Below are positions 9,320 through 20,520 of a stretch of DNA of 20,993 bases, one piece after another (the stretch's first letter is position 1; each line of letters begins with the position of its first letter). The position numbers and the translations under genes were made by a program. The notes beneath the pieces were generated by a model that searched no databases, was not told where the DNA came from, and was given only the letters and a program-made list of their open reading frames with translations. The stretch lies in contig NW_021823852.1 of NCBI RefSeq assembly GCF_006345805.1, forward strand, positions 1-20,993, read 5' to 3'. This DNA is from Octopus sinensis (Eukaryota).

Positions 9320-10450
9320 TCCTAAGGAACGCCAGTTAGCATGATGTATGCATACCTTGCTCTTATTCGAGGCAGAGAGGGCGGAACTTTTAGCGCTCTG
9401 CAGTAGGGCCGATTTCTGGTATTTGTATAGCTAGCAATGCCAAAGTTTGGTGCCAGTCACTCCGCCCCGGGGATTTTTCTGATGTAGGTGACTGCACGTT
9501 ATTCTCTTCATTCCGGGGGATATAGTATTAACGCTTTCAACCTCTGCCAATAACTCAGCTGGTGCTGAGAAGCAATCATCCTTGTGTAGGCTCTTTGGAT
9601 TGCCTCCAATTCAGTAATGAATTTGGCACTCAATCACAGCTGGGAGCAATAATTTAGGCGACGGAGAACGAATGTCATCCAGAGATTAGCTATGACATCT
9701 TATGCTCTTCTGATGAATGTTATTAGGTACTATATCTCAAATGTTTTACTGGATTTTGCCATTTTTGTGCTATACGTATGGGAATATGCTTCATTACTCA
9801 TTACAATTCTCAGTTTTTGCGCAGCTTCTGACTGTGGTATTGCAATCTTTCCAGATATTATCTATCCAAATAGTCATGTGGTTGATAGCAAAGTATATGA
9901 AACCTCTCTTCATTACACTAGCAAATTTCTTTTGTAGCTTTTAGTATAATCGTAGATTCCGTTATCTTTGCTATCACAGTATCGTCAGTGAAACGAGAGT
10001 GGCCGGTTACGCTGACAATCGAGTATAATTCTGAAGAGCTGTGTTAACATTAATGATTCCAAGACAGTCCTTTATGATTTTTCACGCTGAATAGTTCATT
10101 TATTATATTAGGCACTTTTGGCTGCCACAATGTTTTGTTTTTACGATGTCATGCTCTCCATCACCCTTATTTCTTCTGGGGTCATGTGGTTTGTATCATC
10201 ATGTGATCAATTTTATTGAAAGCGTGTAGCGTTAGTCAATCAAGCCATTGACATGAATGGCCGAAGTCAGAGTTTTCTGTTTAACATTTGTCATCGTTCC
10301 AATCTGTCAGCCATACGTATTTCATCATCGATGACTTTAATTTTCTTTCGTCTGACACTTCGCTCTTTCTATAATTCTAATTCGCTTCTATCTTCTCTTG
10401 ACAGTGTTATGAAAAGTTCTTTTTCCATCTCTCTTACACTCCCATGAAAC
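9320..10450 (-). mobile_element. Degenerate CR1-group LINE reverse transcriptase fragment
   Basis: Minus-strand translation in collinear order: ERSVRRKKI; HAFNKIDH (KAFDKVDH); *RTVLESLML (PQGTVLGPLLF); FTDDT (F/YADD motif, 9978-9992); KLRIVMSNEA; LWMTFVLRRLNYCSQL*; ELEAIQRAYTRMI; LSYWQRLKALILY; LAPNFGI. Many stops. Confidence 0.88.
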
Positions 10451-10940
10451 TTTAAATACTCCCGTCCTATTTATTACATTTGTACCGTCACCTCTTGTAG
10501 TACTCTAATGATTTGGCCTGGACCTCAACTCAAGGTCACTGACCTTGTGTCTCCAACAACCTCGTATATTTTATAGCGTGTAAAATTATAATTCACTCTA
10601 TGTGGGGTAAACTTATTCAGAGGAATGCTTTCACAGACACCAGCATGATGTTTGTAGTAACACCCACACAGCAAAAATAACAACAACAACAACAACAAAA
10701 ACCATCTACAACACTGTATGCTGCCTCTTTAATCAGTGTAATCTCTGAGTGTGGAGTTACCTTACATCACAGTCATATCCTCGCTCGGAAAGGAGAAAAA
10801 AAACCAATATTCACCTTAATCTGTTCTTCACGCACAAGCATTAAAGAACGGTTGTTATTCTCGTAACACGCGCGTTCAAGTGAGTGCGTAATGTGTGGTT
10901 ATGTATGTATGTATGTATGTATGTATGTATGTATTGTATG

Positions 10941-11528
10941 ATCTGGCCGTCGGCGACTAAACCGGCAACCCCACCAAGCTTGCTTGTTGAGGAGGGTGTT
11001 TATTGGACACCCTGCGGGATGAAAAGCAAAACCCTTCAAAGGGCTGAGAAACTCTTGAGTGTCAACGGCCATCCAATAAATGTCTTAAGGCTGTATCATG
11101 CGCGCGGACATAGAAATAATCGGACTGAATACTCGATCGCGCGGTTAAACCATTGGGAGTGAAGGACTCCTAGCCTTTATTAGGGCATCCTTCTAGGAGA
11201 ATGTAACTCAGGTAACTGGGATAACTCCGACATAAAACCTGCGGCTCAGTGGTTACCGATGATGTTGATTTGTTCTTCTTTTCAGATTATGGCTGATGTT
11301 GCTTAGTGAGTGGAATTGACTCAGTGCATGCCTTTCCTCACTTTACAAAAAAACTCTTCTTGCACAGGCATTGCACGATAACAACATGATTATTGATGGT
11401 GCTGTGAGTCTCAACTGAAGGGCTGGCTGTAGCCTTAAAAAGCAAATAAAAGTCACTTTCGATCACAGCACCAATAACAGTTAAGCTTCGTGCAATGACC
11501 ATACTCGATAACAAGGGGGCAGCCATCA
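10941..11528 (+). mobile_element. ~590-bp interspersed element resembling an RTE-LINE 5' UTR (non-autonomous), embedded in (TATG)n
   Basis: Higher-GC unique block bounded by (TATG)n on both sides. AGGGCATCCTTCTAGGAGAATGTAACTC (11182-11209) resembles the motif GGGCAACCAGTCTAGGAGAAGGAAAACTC that I recall from RTE 5' regions. The family call is from memory only. Confidence 0.5.
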
Positions 11529-11534
11529 TATATT

Positions 11535-11818
11535 TATGTATGTATGTATGTATGTATGTATGTATGTATGTATGTATGTATGTATGTATGTATGTATGTA
11601 TGTGTGTGTGTGTCTATGTATGTATGTATGTATGTATGTATGTATGTATATATGTATGTATGTATGTATGTGTGTGTATGTATGTATGTATATATGTATG
11701 TATGTATGTATCTGTATGTATGTATGTATGTATGTATGTATGTATGCATGTATGTATGTGTGTGTGTTTGTATGTATGTATGTATGTATATATGTATGTA
11801 TGTGTGTATGTATGTATG

Positions 11819-11885
<67 letters not shown>

Positions 11886-11888
11886 ATG

Positions 11889-11921
<33 letters not shown>

Positions 11922-11974
11922 GTGTATGTATGTATGTATATATGTATGTATGTATGTGTGTGTGTATGTATGTA

Positions 11975-12023
<49 letters not shown>

Positions 12024-12035
12024 ATATATGTATAT
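11535..12035. repeat. ~500-bp compound (TATG)n/(TG)n/(TA)n microsatellite
   Basis: Directly visible; explains the six overlapping MYVC/HTYI ORFs. Confidence 0.97.
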
Positions 12036-12119
12036 GAGTATCTTCACGTGTGAATGTAACTCTTTCTGAATATGTATGTATACATGTACATATATGAAGG
12101 ATCAACGGCGCTTTTCAAA

Positions 12120-12345
12120 CTAAAAGCTCATAAGGCCTGTTTCCCGGATTCTGTGGCGTATGCATATTCCCCGCTGAACGAGACGCTGGTCCATCGCCGA
12201 AATACTCATTTTTGGCTGCCGAGTGGACTGGAACGGCATGAAAAGAAGTGTTTTGCTCAAGAACAGAACGCATCACCCGGCCAGGAAGAGAAACCACAAA
12301 CTTGCGACCATGAGTGCAACATCCTAACACACAGACACTCGCGCT
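12120..12345 (-). mobile_element. tRNA-derived SINE family C (V-SINE-like), diverged
   Basis: Minus strand has a decayed tRNA-like head, then TTCTTGAGCAAAACACTTCTTTTCATGCCGTTCCAGTCCACTCGGCAGCC and GGCGATGGACCAGCGTCTCGTTCAGCGGGG. The latter resembles the V-domain GCGATGGACTGGCGTCCCGTCCAGGG. Confidence 0.6.
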
Positions 12346-12351
12346 CGCACG

Positions 12352-12417
<66 letters not shown>

Positions 12418-12479
12418 AGACATACATACACGCGTATGCTCACAAATACATACATACATACACATATATATTTATAAGG

Positions 12480-12625
12480 TGGCTTCTACGCAGATTCCGA
12501 TTTCGTTTCCAAGGTACTGGTTGACGCGGATCATATAGCAGAAGAAATTTACCTAAGGTACCGTGTTATAGGATGGAATCTGAAAACATATGTTTGTAAA
12601 ACAAATTGTTAACCACACAAGTTAT
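12480..12625 (-). mobile_element. 5' part of SINE family B, strongly diverged
   Basis: GGCTTCT..ATAGCAGAAGAAATTTACCTAAGGTACCGTG..GGAATCTGAAAACATATGTTTG..AACCACACA aligns to the reverse complement of 20521-20680. Confidence 0.6.
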
Positions 12626-13215
12626 AAGGGTGGTTAACAGCCTGTAACTGTAGGTTTGTCTCCAAGTCTTTTAGACAATGAACTTACTCCCTGTTACATG
12701 TTTGTACTCTACGTTCCCTGCTATCCCTACTTCCTCATCATGGTAGTCTATTACATTATTTTCCCATTCTCTACATACTTTTACAATTTCCAAATTTGCA
12801 GTTGATCCTAGTTTGTTATTTTTTCCACTTTAGTTGCTTTTTCTAAAAATAAGAACTTTAGCGAAACCATTGCTCTTGCCATTGTGCCATTCTCCTTTCT
12901 TTCACTTGTGTGGCCCTATTAACGTGTATGCTCGTCCACTCTTTGACCCTCTGTCAATGTCTGTATACCCTCTTCCTTTCTCTTGACCAACTTTCTCTCT
13001 CTTTTGCTTCTTCGTCTTTCCCAAAACAAAATGCAGAATATTCATTCAGCACTCCAGAGAAAGAAGAGAGTTAGTTGTTAAAACGTTTTTATCATCACAT
13101 ACTGGAACGTTAAATCTATTTATGAAATCAATCTGAACTTTTGTACCATAACATACATAAATACATACATACATACATATGCGTGTATGTATGAATGTAT
13201 GTGCGTTTGTTTGTA

Positions 13216-13259
<44 letters not shown>

Positions 13260-13404
13260 ACATATATGCGTATACACACACAGACATGCACACACATACA
13301 CATATTTTATATATTCACCCATACTTACATATAAAAATCTCTCTCTCTCTACGCACACACACACACACATACATACACACACACACACGCACACACACAC
13401 ATAT

Positions 13405-13525
13405 ATTGTTGTCTGGCGGGAGTAATTCTCTTTTAGTGCATCGCTCACCGGTTCGATTTCCGCTCATTTACTTATCTATTTTTTCATAAATTTTCGTTGG
13501 GTCTTTGCAATCTCTTCAATAGCCG
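13405..13525 (-). mobile_element. Probable Penelope-like terminal-repeat remnant with decayed hammerhead-like core
   Basis: Minus strand 13519-13492 reads TTGAAGA-GATTGCAAAGACCCAAC-GAAA (CUGANGA / stem II / GAAA layout), followed by an A-rich tail running into a microsatellite. Confidence 0.4.
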
Positions 13526-13598
13526 ATTGTGAAGAATATTGAAATATGCTTCAACACACGAATTCACATAACAAATATTTCAAACCAAATACAAAAAC

Positions 13599-13601
<3 letters not shown>

Positions 13602-13656
<55 letters not shown>

Positions 13657-13671
13657 TGTGTATGTATGTAT

Positions 13672-13750
<79 letters not shown>
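13602..13750. repeat. (TA)n and (GA)n microsatellites
   Basis: Directly visible; further TA/CA arrays at 13150-13404. Confidence 0.95.
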
Positions 13751-13805
13751 TACGTGAATATGATTATTAAATAACTATTTTTAAATACAAGATAAAAACT
13801 AAATC

Positions 13806-13968
13806 GTTTCTATTTTGGCACAGGCCAGCAATTGGTATTTATTTTATCGACCTCCGAAAGGAAGAAAGCAAAGGCGACCTTGGTGATTAACCCTAACTTT
13901 AACTCAGAACCTGAAGTCGGAAGAATTGCTCCTAAGCATTTTGTCGGATGTGCAAAAGATTCTATCAA
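13806..13968 (-). mobile_element. SINE family A, diverged and internally deleted copy
   Basis: GGCACAGGCC..TGGTATTTATTTTATCGACCTCCGAAAGG..GCAAAGGCGACCT..AACTCAGAAC..CTAAGCATTTTGTCGG..GATTCT is collinear with 4431-4628. Confidence 0.75.
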
Positions 13969-14424
13969 TAAGAATAAATAAGTAAACACTAAAAATAACC
14001 AAATATAAAGCTATGAATATGTATTAACGGTGATGAATAAAGAGGTAAAATAAAGCTATAGATACACACACATACTCTCAAACAAATGAAGATATCTGAA
14101 TTTTCGAAAATAAACGGTCTCTTGTCGCATCTATTTATCGTGTGTAAAAGAATTCACTTAACTTACATGGTGCCTGCCAGAACAGCTTTACGGGGTCACT
14201 TAAAGTAAATACGAAATCATTCTCCAATCAGACCCTGCTGTCTTTAAAAAACAGGTAGGAGACATTAAGTAAAGTAATAATACAGAAAGATGTTAAAATT
14301 AAATTCAGTGTATTAAGCGCCATGGAAAAGGAAAATTATCATTGTTTTAAGCACAAGCACTTTTTTCAATATAGATAAGAGGAAAATTAAGAATGGGGAA
14401 AAAATTGTTCCATATAGAAACTGC

Positions 14425-15250
14425 TTCGAGTCCTCTTCATCTCATACTATTCACAACGAATCTTATATCCCGTTCTTACTTTCATTCGCTTACATTACCT
14501 CTGTAGTTAAGATTGACTTCGAGGTTAACTCCTGTTAAATGCCTCAACTTTTCTCTTGCACATGGTCACCTCTAACCAGCTGTCGATGTGGTTCCTCTTC
14601 GAACCTCTGCTAATGATTGCACCCTTGACTTGCATCATTCAACGAATAACTCTATTTCTGTCCACCATCACGTTTCCTGTTAACTGCCTCTGTCTCTAAA
14701 GCGCAATCTCCCGCAATTTTAATTTTCTCTAATTCAACCTAATTAGTTTTCCCATTTTTTAAATAGAAATACTCCCCCCTCCTTTAAACACAATCGCAAC
14801 CTGCGTAACTTTCTGACCATCAGTTCTTTTATCCTCTTTTCAAAATCCAACTTGGGTTGTCTTATCATTATTCCCAATGAACATCATTACCACTTTATGC
14901 GTTCCTAGCTCTACTTACTTATGTCGTGAAGTGTTTCTTCTGTATCTCCAGCAATAATATTTATAGCATGTAGTGCCAATCTTGCGGTACTTTTTATAGA
15001 GGTGAGACAGACATCAGATCGTCAGATCGATTCAGATAAAATTTACAACGAAACAACTGAGTCTCCTTACATGTGCTACATAGAATTTCAACAGGCTATC
15101 TACATTCCGATCTTTTTAACTTTTAACTTCTCCAACACCAGGGATTACCCCACCATCCGACCTATTTTTTGAACAATGATCAACCTTTCTCTTTTACTAC
15201 AATTAATATTCGATTATTTTCTCAATAACTCTTTATCCTTTCAGCCACAT
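14425..15250 (+). mobile_element. Degenerate Penelope-like element (RT C-terminus plus GIY-YIG endonuclease)
   Basis: Plus-strand translation with frameshifts: SSSHTIHNESYIPF / FIRLHYLCS / DFE (cf. SSSHP.H.K.SIPYSQFLRLRRLCS..DF); FKHNRNLRNFL (cf. F.R..NLRD.LV); CISSNNIYSM*CQSCGTFYRGETDIRSSDRF at 14941-15033 (cf. C.SSNVIY.I.C..C...YIGETGR.L.DRF.EH). Confidence 0.8.
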
Positions 15251-15796
15251 TCGAATACAAACTATACGCATACATCATTAAATTTTCTACACACCGCTCA
15301 TTTACTGCTTCATAAGTACATCTTTTTCTTATTGCGTACGTCCGATTCTTCTCTTCGCCCATTTCAACTCTGTAATCGCATCTACTGGAAACCACATATC
15401 CACTTTCAGTATCCATTATTTCTATAACTCGCTTAAATAACACTAAGACGTTTCTTTTCCCCTTCTTTAATTGCTCTCTTTTCTAAATTAAAAAAAAAAT
15501 TGATAACATTTCCTTTTCCACTGGCTTAGTACATCGACTTTCAATTTAATTTTGTTTCGTTGTATTTCGCCTGCAAAGCAATTAGATTCTGCAGATCATA
15601 TTGCTTAATGAAGTCCTATATACACTAAACCTGAAAAGTGAAAAACACAGGATGGGCGAATTTAGGGTGCCTTTCAAAAGTCTTTTAATTTAGTACTAAA
15701 GACATGACTTGGTACTATACATGAATAACACGAAAATCTTAAAGCATTAAAAAGCATACGGTTTTAGGGGTCAAGTCATTGTCATCACCACCTTAA

Positions 15797-15890
15797 CATC
15801 ATCATCATCATCGTTGTCGTCGTCGTCGTCATCATCATCATCATCATCATCGTCGTCGTCGTCGTCATCATCGTCGTCATCATCGCCATC
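15797..15890. repeat. (CAT)n/(CGT)n compound trinucleotide microsatellite
   Basis: Directly visible. Confidence 0.92.
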
Positions 15891-16079
15891 GTTATAATTT
15901 TCAACTGTTGGTCATACTTTATTAACTGAAATTAAAAATGCGCATTGCTCACACAGAAGTAATTAGTTTAATCAAAACATTTAAAATAATGAACTTCATG
16001 ACGGGTAATAAGACAATTGGTAATTGTCGATTACTTGGTTGTTTCTTGAAAATAAAAGCAGCCCTAAGCAAATCAGGCA

Positions 16080-16262
16080 GCCAGAAATCTTTACAGTTAA
16101 ATCTCCCTCAAATTACAGCACACGCCGTCTTAAATTGGACACATTTGATAATATGATCGTAGATACCCCCCACTTCATTCCTCGAAAGAAAAGATGGATA
16201 GTCACGAGTGAAATCTCTTTGATGCTCGGTCTACCCTATCAAAGTTGACCTGCGGTTAAACA
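16080..16262 (+). mobile_element. Old interspersed repeat fragment (SINE-like 3' region); weaker relative at ~14200-14290
   Basis: AAATCTCCCTCAAATTACA..CCGTCTTAAA..GGACACATTTGATAAT loosely parallels 14215-14278 (AATCATTCTCCAATCAGACCCTGCTGTCTTTAAAA..GAGACATTAAGTAA). It also resembles an abundant octopus repeat I recall ending GACCTGGGGCTAAAC. Confidence 0.4.
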
Positions 16263-17760
16263 TTAATATCGACGATGACGACGACGATGACGAAAGCTAA
16301 CAACCCAACAAAGATGTCTCTCCATGGCACCTCATCATCGTAGACATAATTAACAAGTTTAATGTGTGTTGTACTCTTCCCGTTTAAAATAAAGGGTTTT
16401 GAATAATGTAGAGTTAGCAGATTTATTCTTAAAATGAAGAAAGAAAGACAAAAAAAAAAGCCATGGTAGGAATGCCCTTCACCTGAGATTTCCATCAAGA
16501 CAAACTTTAAGTGGAACAGCTGCAGGAGGTTAAGTAACTAAAATTCGGTACCACCTATAATTATTGCTTTTTAAAAAAAGCCGTCGCATGAAACATAACT
16601 CTCCTTTCATGGAACACCTATTCAATTTTTATATTTTACTACCCCTAAATAATTCTGTGAAAACCACTACTTCACGCCATTGTACCCCACTTAGATATAT
16701 GTGAACCATTTTTTTGTAGCGGGTAGCTTGATTTCAACACTTATAAGTGACAAAGGAAAAACGGTTCAACATACTGCTATGCTTGAAATAATGATATTCA
16801 CGACATTGGCTCCCATGAAAACTTAGAAATGAAATGCTGCACTAGTATCTTATTCTGTCCTATAGAACACTCATATTATCAATCATGAACTTTTGTTTAG
16901 GCCCTAACCCACTCCAAAGCAACACACAATACAAAAAAAAAAAACAAAAACGGAAAAGAAAAGACAAAAAAGGGAAATTTTATCGCAAATGTGAAATAAT
17001 TCGATATTCTCCTTTCAGGGTTCATAAAACGTTACCTTTCTGAGAACGAGATTCTCGACTCATGTACAATTCTGATATGTTCTTTTATTGATCATTGTTA
17101 CTATCCCATCCTTCCTAGCTCACACTTTCTTCTTATATTATTTAGTATTTTATTTCTTTCGTATCACAACTGATGTACCATTGGTTATAGATTTTTAACG
17201 AACTCAACATTGTGTGTCTGACGGCTCCAGTCCCGATGGTAGGGGATGTAACTCACAGGACTTTGCTTCAAAAGGACTTGCTCTTTTGGCTTTCTCGAAT
17301 ATGTTTACAACCTTCACTTACACACACGCGCGCACGCACACATATACACACGCTAATACAGTGGGAGTGAGTGCTCATCACAGCATTAATGGACAAATAC
17401 TCTTTATTTGTGGGTTTAAACAGCTACCAATGGTTTCGGCTAGAAAGAGATTTCGCAATTGTTTAAGCGTATTACATAGAAATGTCGGTAATCATCTCCA
17501 CGATGGATGAAAATACATGAAGTTATACGAAACTGTACAGGATTTCAAAATAAATGAATAAAAATATATACAGATCACGGAAAGTAACTTTTAAGGAAAT
17601 CGTGATTGTTGTCTTGCTTGCTTTAGCCCTTACAGTTTCGTGTAACGGCATATATTCTCATCCAAAATGAAGACGGGTACTAAAGTTTACGTGGTAGCTT
17701 CAGGCACTTGTAAAAAATCTCTCTTTACATGGAAACTGGTAGCCCCTTGTTAAGCCATAA

Positions 17761-17805
<45 letters not shown>

Positions 17806-17904
17806 TAGATATAGATATAGATATAATATACATTCTTATATACGTACATATATGCATATTCACACTCACATGATAAATATATACTGATAGGTATATTTGA
17901 TATC

Positions 17905-18286
17905 GTGGCACTACGACGTCGATTACTGCGACGAGGGTTCCAGGTGATCCGATTAATGGAACAGCCTGCTTGTGAAATTAGCGTCAAGTGGCTGAGCACT
18001 CCACAGGCAAGTGTACTCTTAATGTAGTTCTCGGGGGAGATTCAGCGTGACACAGAGTGTGACAAGGGTGGCCCTTTGAAATACAGGTACAACAGAAGGA
18101 GGAAGAAAGAGTGAGAGAAAGTTGGGGTGAAAGAGTACAGCAGGGTTCACCACCACTTCCTGCCGGGGCCTAGTGGAGCTTTAGGTGTTTTCGCTCAATA
18201 AACACACACTACCCGGTCTGGGAATCGAAACCGCGATCCTACGACCGTGTGTCCGCCGTCATAATCACTGGGCCATTGCACGTCCA
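17905..18286 (-). mobile_element. Full-length tRNA-derived SINE family D
   Basis: Minus strand starts TGGACGTGCAATGGCCCAGTGATTA (A box TGGCCCAGTG) and has GGTTTCGATTCCC (B box), followed by a ~320-bp body ending next to a TA-rich tract. Confidence 0.85.
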
Positions 18287-18422
18287 ATTTGATATATTGC
18301 CACCATAAAGTGCGCAATCAAAGAGAAATTCTAGCTGTTGTTTTCGGAGAGGCGTATTTTCCCAAGACAAAAAGCTAAAATACCTTCATTTATACGTGTG
18401 TGTGTGTATCGTTCGCCAGTGT

Positions 18423-18472
18423 ACACGCACGCGCGCGTACGCACACACGCACGCACGCACGCACGCACGCGC

Positions 18473-18507
<35 letters not shown>
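18423..18507. repeat. (CACG)n/(CA)n microsatellite
   Basis: Directly visible alternating purine-pyrimidine run. Confidence 0.92.
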
Positions 18508-18508
<1 letters not shown>

Positions 18509-18912
18509 TTTTACAGGTGTAAAAATGCGTCGAAAGAATTTCATTGATTTTTAACAAAAGAATGTCGTTCATTCCATTTTCTATCATTCATCTATTTATA
18601 TAAACTTTCCGGATTCTATGAAATTACTGACGTATTTCCAGAAGAAGGAGCATTCACACTGTTTGATGACATCAGGTGGTCAATAACGGCAAACGAACTT
18701 TGCATAGCATTCTACAAAATTTTTATTAATTTTATCTAACCATTTAATATTGCCGCAAACAGAACAAAAAGGAAAAGGATCCCATCTCCATCAAACGGAA
18801 TCTGGACAGATCTCTTCAAGGAATACCAGTCAACAAGAACTCGCTACTCGAATGGAGCATGATATCACAAAAAGTGACTTAAAAAAGATTCAGCTAATAC
18901 TTCTAAGTAATA

Positions 18913-18970
18913 CTATTAAGTTAGACATGGCCTGGGTTAATCTTTGGTTGAAACATGTCTAATTTTTATA
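18913..18970. repeat. 58-bp dispersed repeat, inverted copy of 1391-1448
   Basis: 51/58 identity to the reverse complement of 1391-1448. Internal 9-bp inverted repeat TTAGACATG...CATGTCTAA. Confidence 0.85.
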
Positions 18971-18972
18971 AA

Positions 18973-19062
18973 TGTATGTATGTAATGTATGTATGTATGT
19001 TATGTATGTATGTATGTATGTATGTTGTATGTATGTATGTTATGTATGTATGTCTGTATGTC

Positions 19063-19097
<35 letters not shown>

Positions 19098-19253
19098 CAT
19101 TATGTATTTATATATATATAAATATATATATATATATAATATATATACACACATATATATATACCACACATATATAATATATATTCAAACATATATACAC
19201 ATATATAATATATTAAGTAAATAAATATAAGTAAACAAAGGATATTCATTCAT

Positions 19254-19290
<37 letters not shown>

Positions 19291-19349
19291 TATATATAAT
19301 ATATATATATATACATACATATATTATACATATCTTATATATATACATA

Positions 19350-19398
<49 letters not shown>

Positions 19399-19492
19399 TA
19401 TATATTACATTATATATATATATATACATATATAATGTATATACATTACATATATATATATATATATATAATAATATATATATATAATATAT
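18973..19492. repeat. (TATG)n and degenerate (TA)n arrays
   Basis: Directly visible, ~520 bp. Confidence 0.95.
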
Positions 19493-19496
19493 GTAC

Positions 19497-19906
19497 CTTT
19501 TATCTTTTACTACTGTTTCAGTCATTAGACTGCGGCATGCGGGGCACCGCCTTGAAGAAGTTTTCGTCAAATTAATCGACCCCAAAATTTATTCTATTTT
19601 AAAGCCCGTTCTCTTTTGCCGAACCGCTATATTACGGGGACATAAACACACCAACAACAGTTGTCAAGTGGTGTGTGAGGGTACAAACTCAAACACAAAG
19701 ACAAACAGACACAGACACACACATAGACAAAGAGACGCACACATATACATACATGTATATATGCATACAAACATGCATACACACACACATGTATACCAAG
19801 CCCACTCTAAAGGCTTTGGTTGGCCCGAGGCAATAGCAGAAAACACTTGCCCAAGGTGTCACGCAGTGGGACTGAACCCGGAACCATGTGGCTGGGAAGC
19901 AAGTTT
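19497..19906 (-). mobile_element. SINE family B (CORE-like), near full length with an internal (TG)n tract
   Basis: Minus strand reads CCACATGGTTCCGGGTTCAGTCCCACTGCGTGACACCTTGGGCAAGTGTTTTCT (B box plus CORE-like ACCTTGGGCAAGT), with 3' end ...GCAGTCTAATGACTGAAACAGTAGTAAAAGATAAAA. Confidence 0.85.
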
Positions 19907-20004
19907 ATATATATATGTGCATATATACATATATATGCATGTGTATGTCTGTATGAATGTACGTATGTGTGTATGTAGGTTGATAGGTATGCAGTATACT
20001 TGCA

Positions 20005-20125
20005 AACTATTTCCGGTCAAGCCTTGGCTTTGGTAGAAAAGACCCAAGGCATTACGCAGTGAGATCAGAACCGGAACTAGGCGGTTATAAAGTGGACTTG
20101 CTAACCCTACATTTTGCCTGCGGCC
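20005..20125 (-). mobile_element. SINE family B 5' part, diverged
   Basis: CCTTGGCTTTGGTAGAAAAGACCCAAGGCATTACGCAGTGAGATCAGAACCGGAAC..CCTGCGGCC parallels 19820-19900 and the reverse complement of 20521-20640. Confidence 0.6.
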
Positions 20126-20394
20126 AACACCATCTCTGTTTGACTAGATATTTGTTTTCTAAAGACGTTAGTCAACGCGATAAATATTTAATACATTGAA
20201 TCTGTAATTAACCCAAACTTCGAATTACAATTAAGATCCCCACATTCGCGCGCACACGGACGGAAAAGAAAATAACATATTAGCGCATGCACCCACACCC
20301 AGGTACAAAGCTTGTACACTGCTGTATATAGTAAAGACAAGTATATAATTAAGTATCCTTAATTACAAATAGTTATGTGTGAGTGTAACATATG

Positions 20395-20432
20395 CATATA
20401 CATACATACATATACATATACATATATATATA

Positions 20433-20503
<71 letters not shown>

Positions 20504-20512
20504 ATATATACG
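20395..20512. repeat. (TA)n microsatellite
   Basis: Directly visible. Confidence 0.95.
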
Positions 20513-20520
20513 TATACGTA

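Noticed and set aside
11495-12105. Six overlapping 71-180 aa ORFs (MYVC.../HTYI...), and similar ORFs at 2107, 4600, 6433, 7386, 13046-13770, 18955-19585 and 20379
   Set aside because: They are translations of stop-free microsatellites ((TATG)n, (CA)n, (TA)n, (AAT)n) with no protein-like content.
12880-13030. Possible second RTE 3' remnant on the minus strand (GK....GRGYTD..VKEWT..NRA)
   Set aside because: Too degenerate and purine-biased to support by eye.
13887-13897. Telomere-like TTAACCCTAAC inserted in a SINE copy
   Set aside because: Fewer than two repeat units; expected by chance.
16217-16244. Inverted pair of TCF/LEF-like sites (CTTTGAT ... ATCAAAG)
   Set aside because: Lies inside what appears to be an old repeat fragment, and 7-mers alone are not evidence of function.
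17214-17510. 98-aa ORF and nearby splice-like signals (minus-strand GTGAGT at ~17251)
   Set aside because: The ORF has a GTG start, crosses a CA repeat and has no recognisable domain, and I found no convincing acceptor/donor pair.
18200-18286. tRNA gene (also SINE heads at 4560-4628 and 20521-20590)
   Set aside because: A and B boxes are present, but there is no complete cloverleaf and each continues into a SINE body.
18600-18962. Protein-like open stretch (LSGFYEITDVFPEEGAFTLFDDIRW...) and 70-aa ORF
   Set aside because: Short, with weak splice sites and no recognisable homology, and it runs into a dispersed repeat. A small exon cannot be excluded without RNA-seq.
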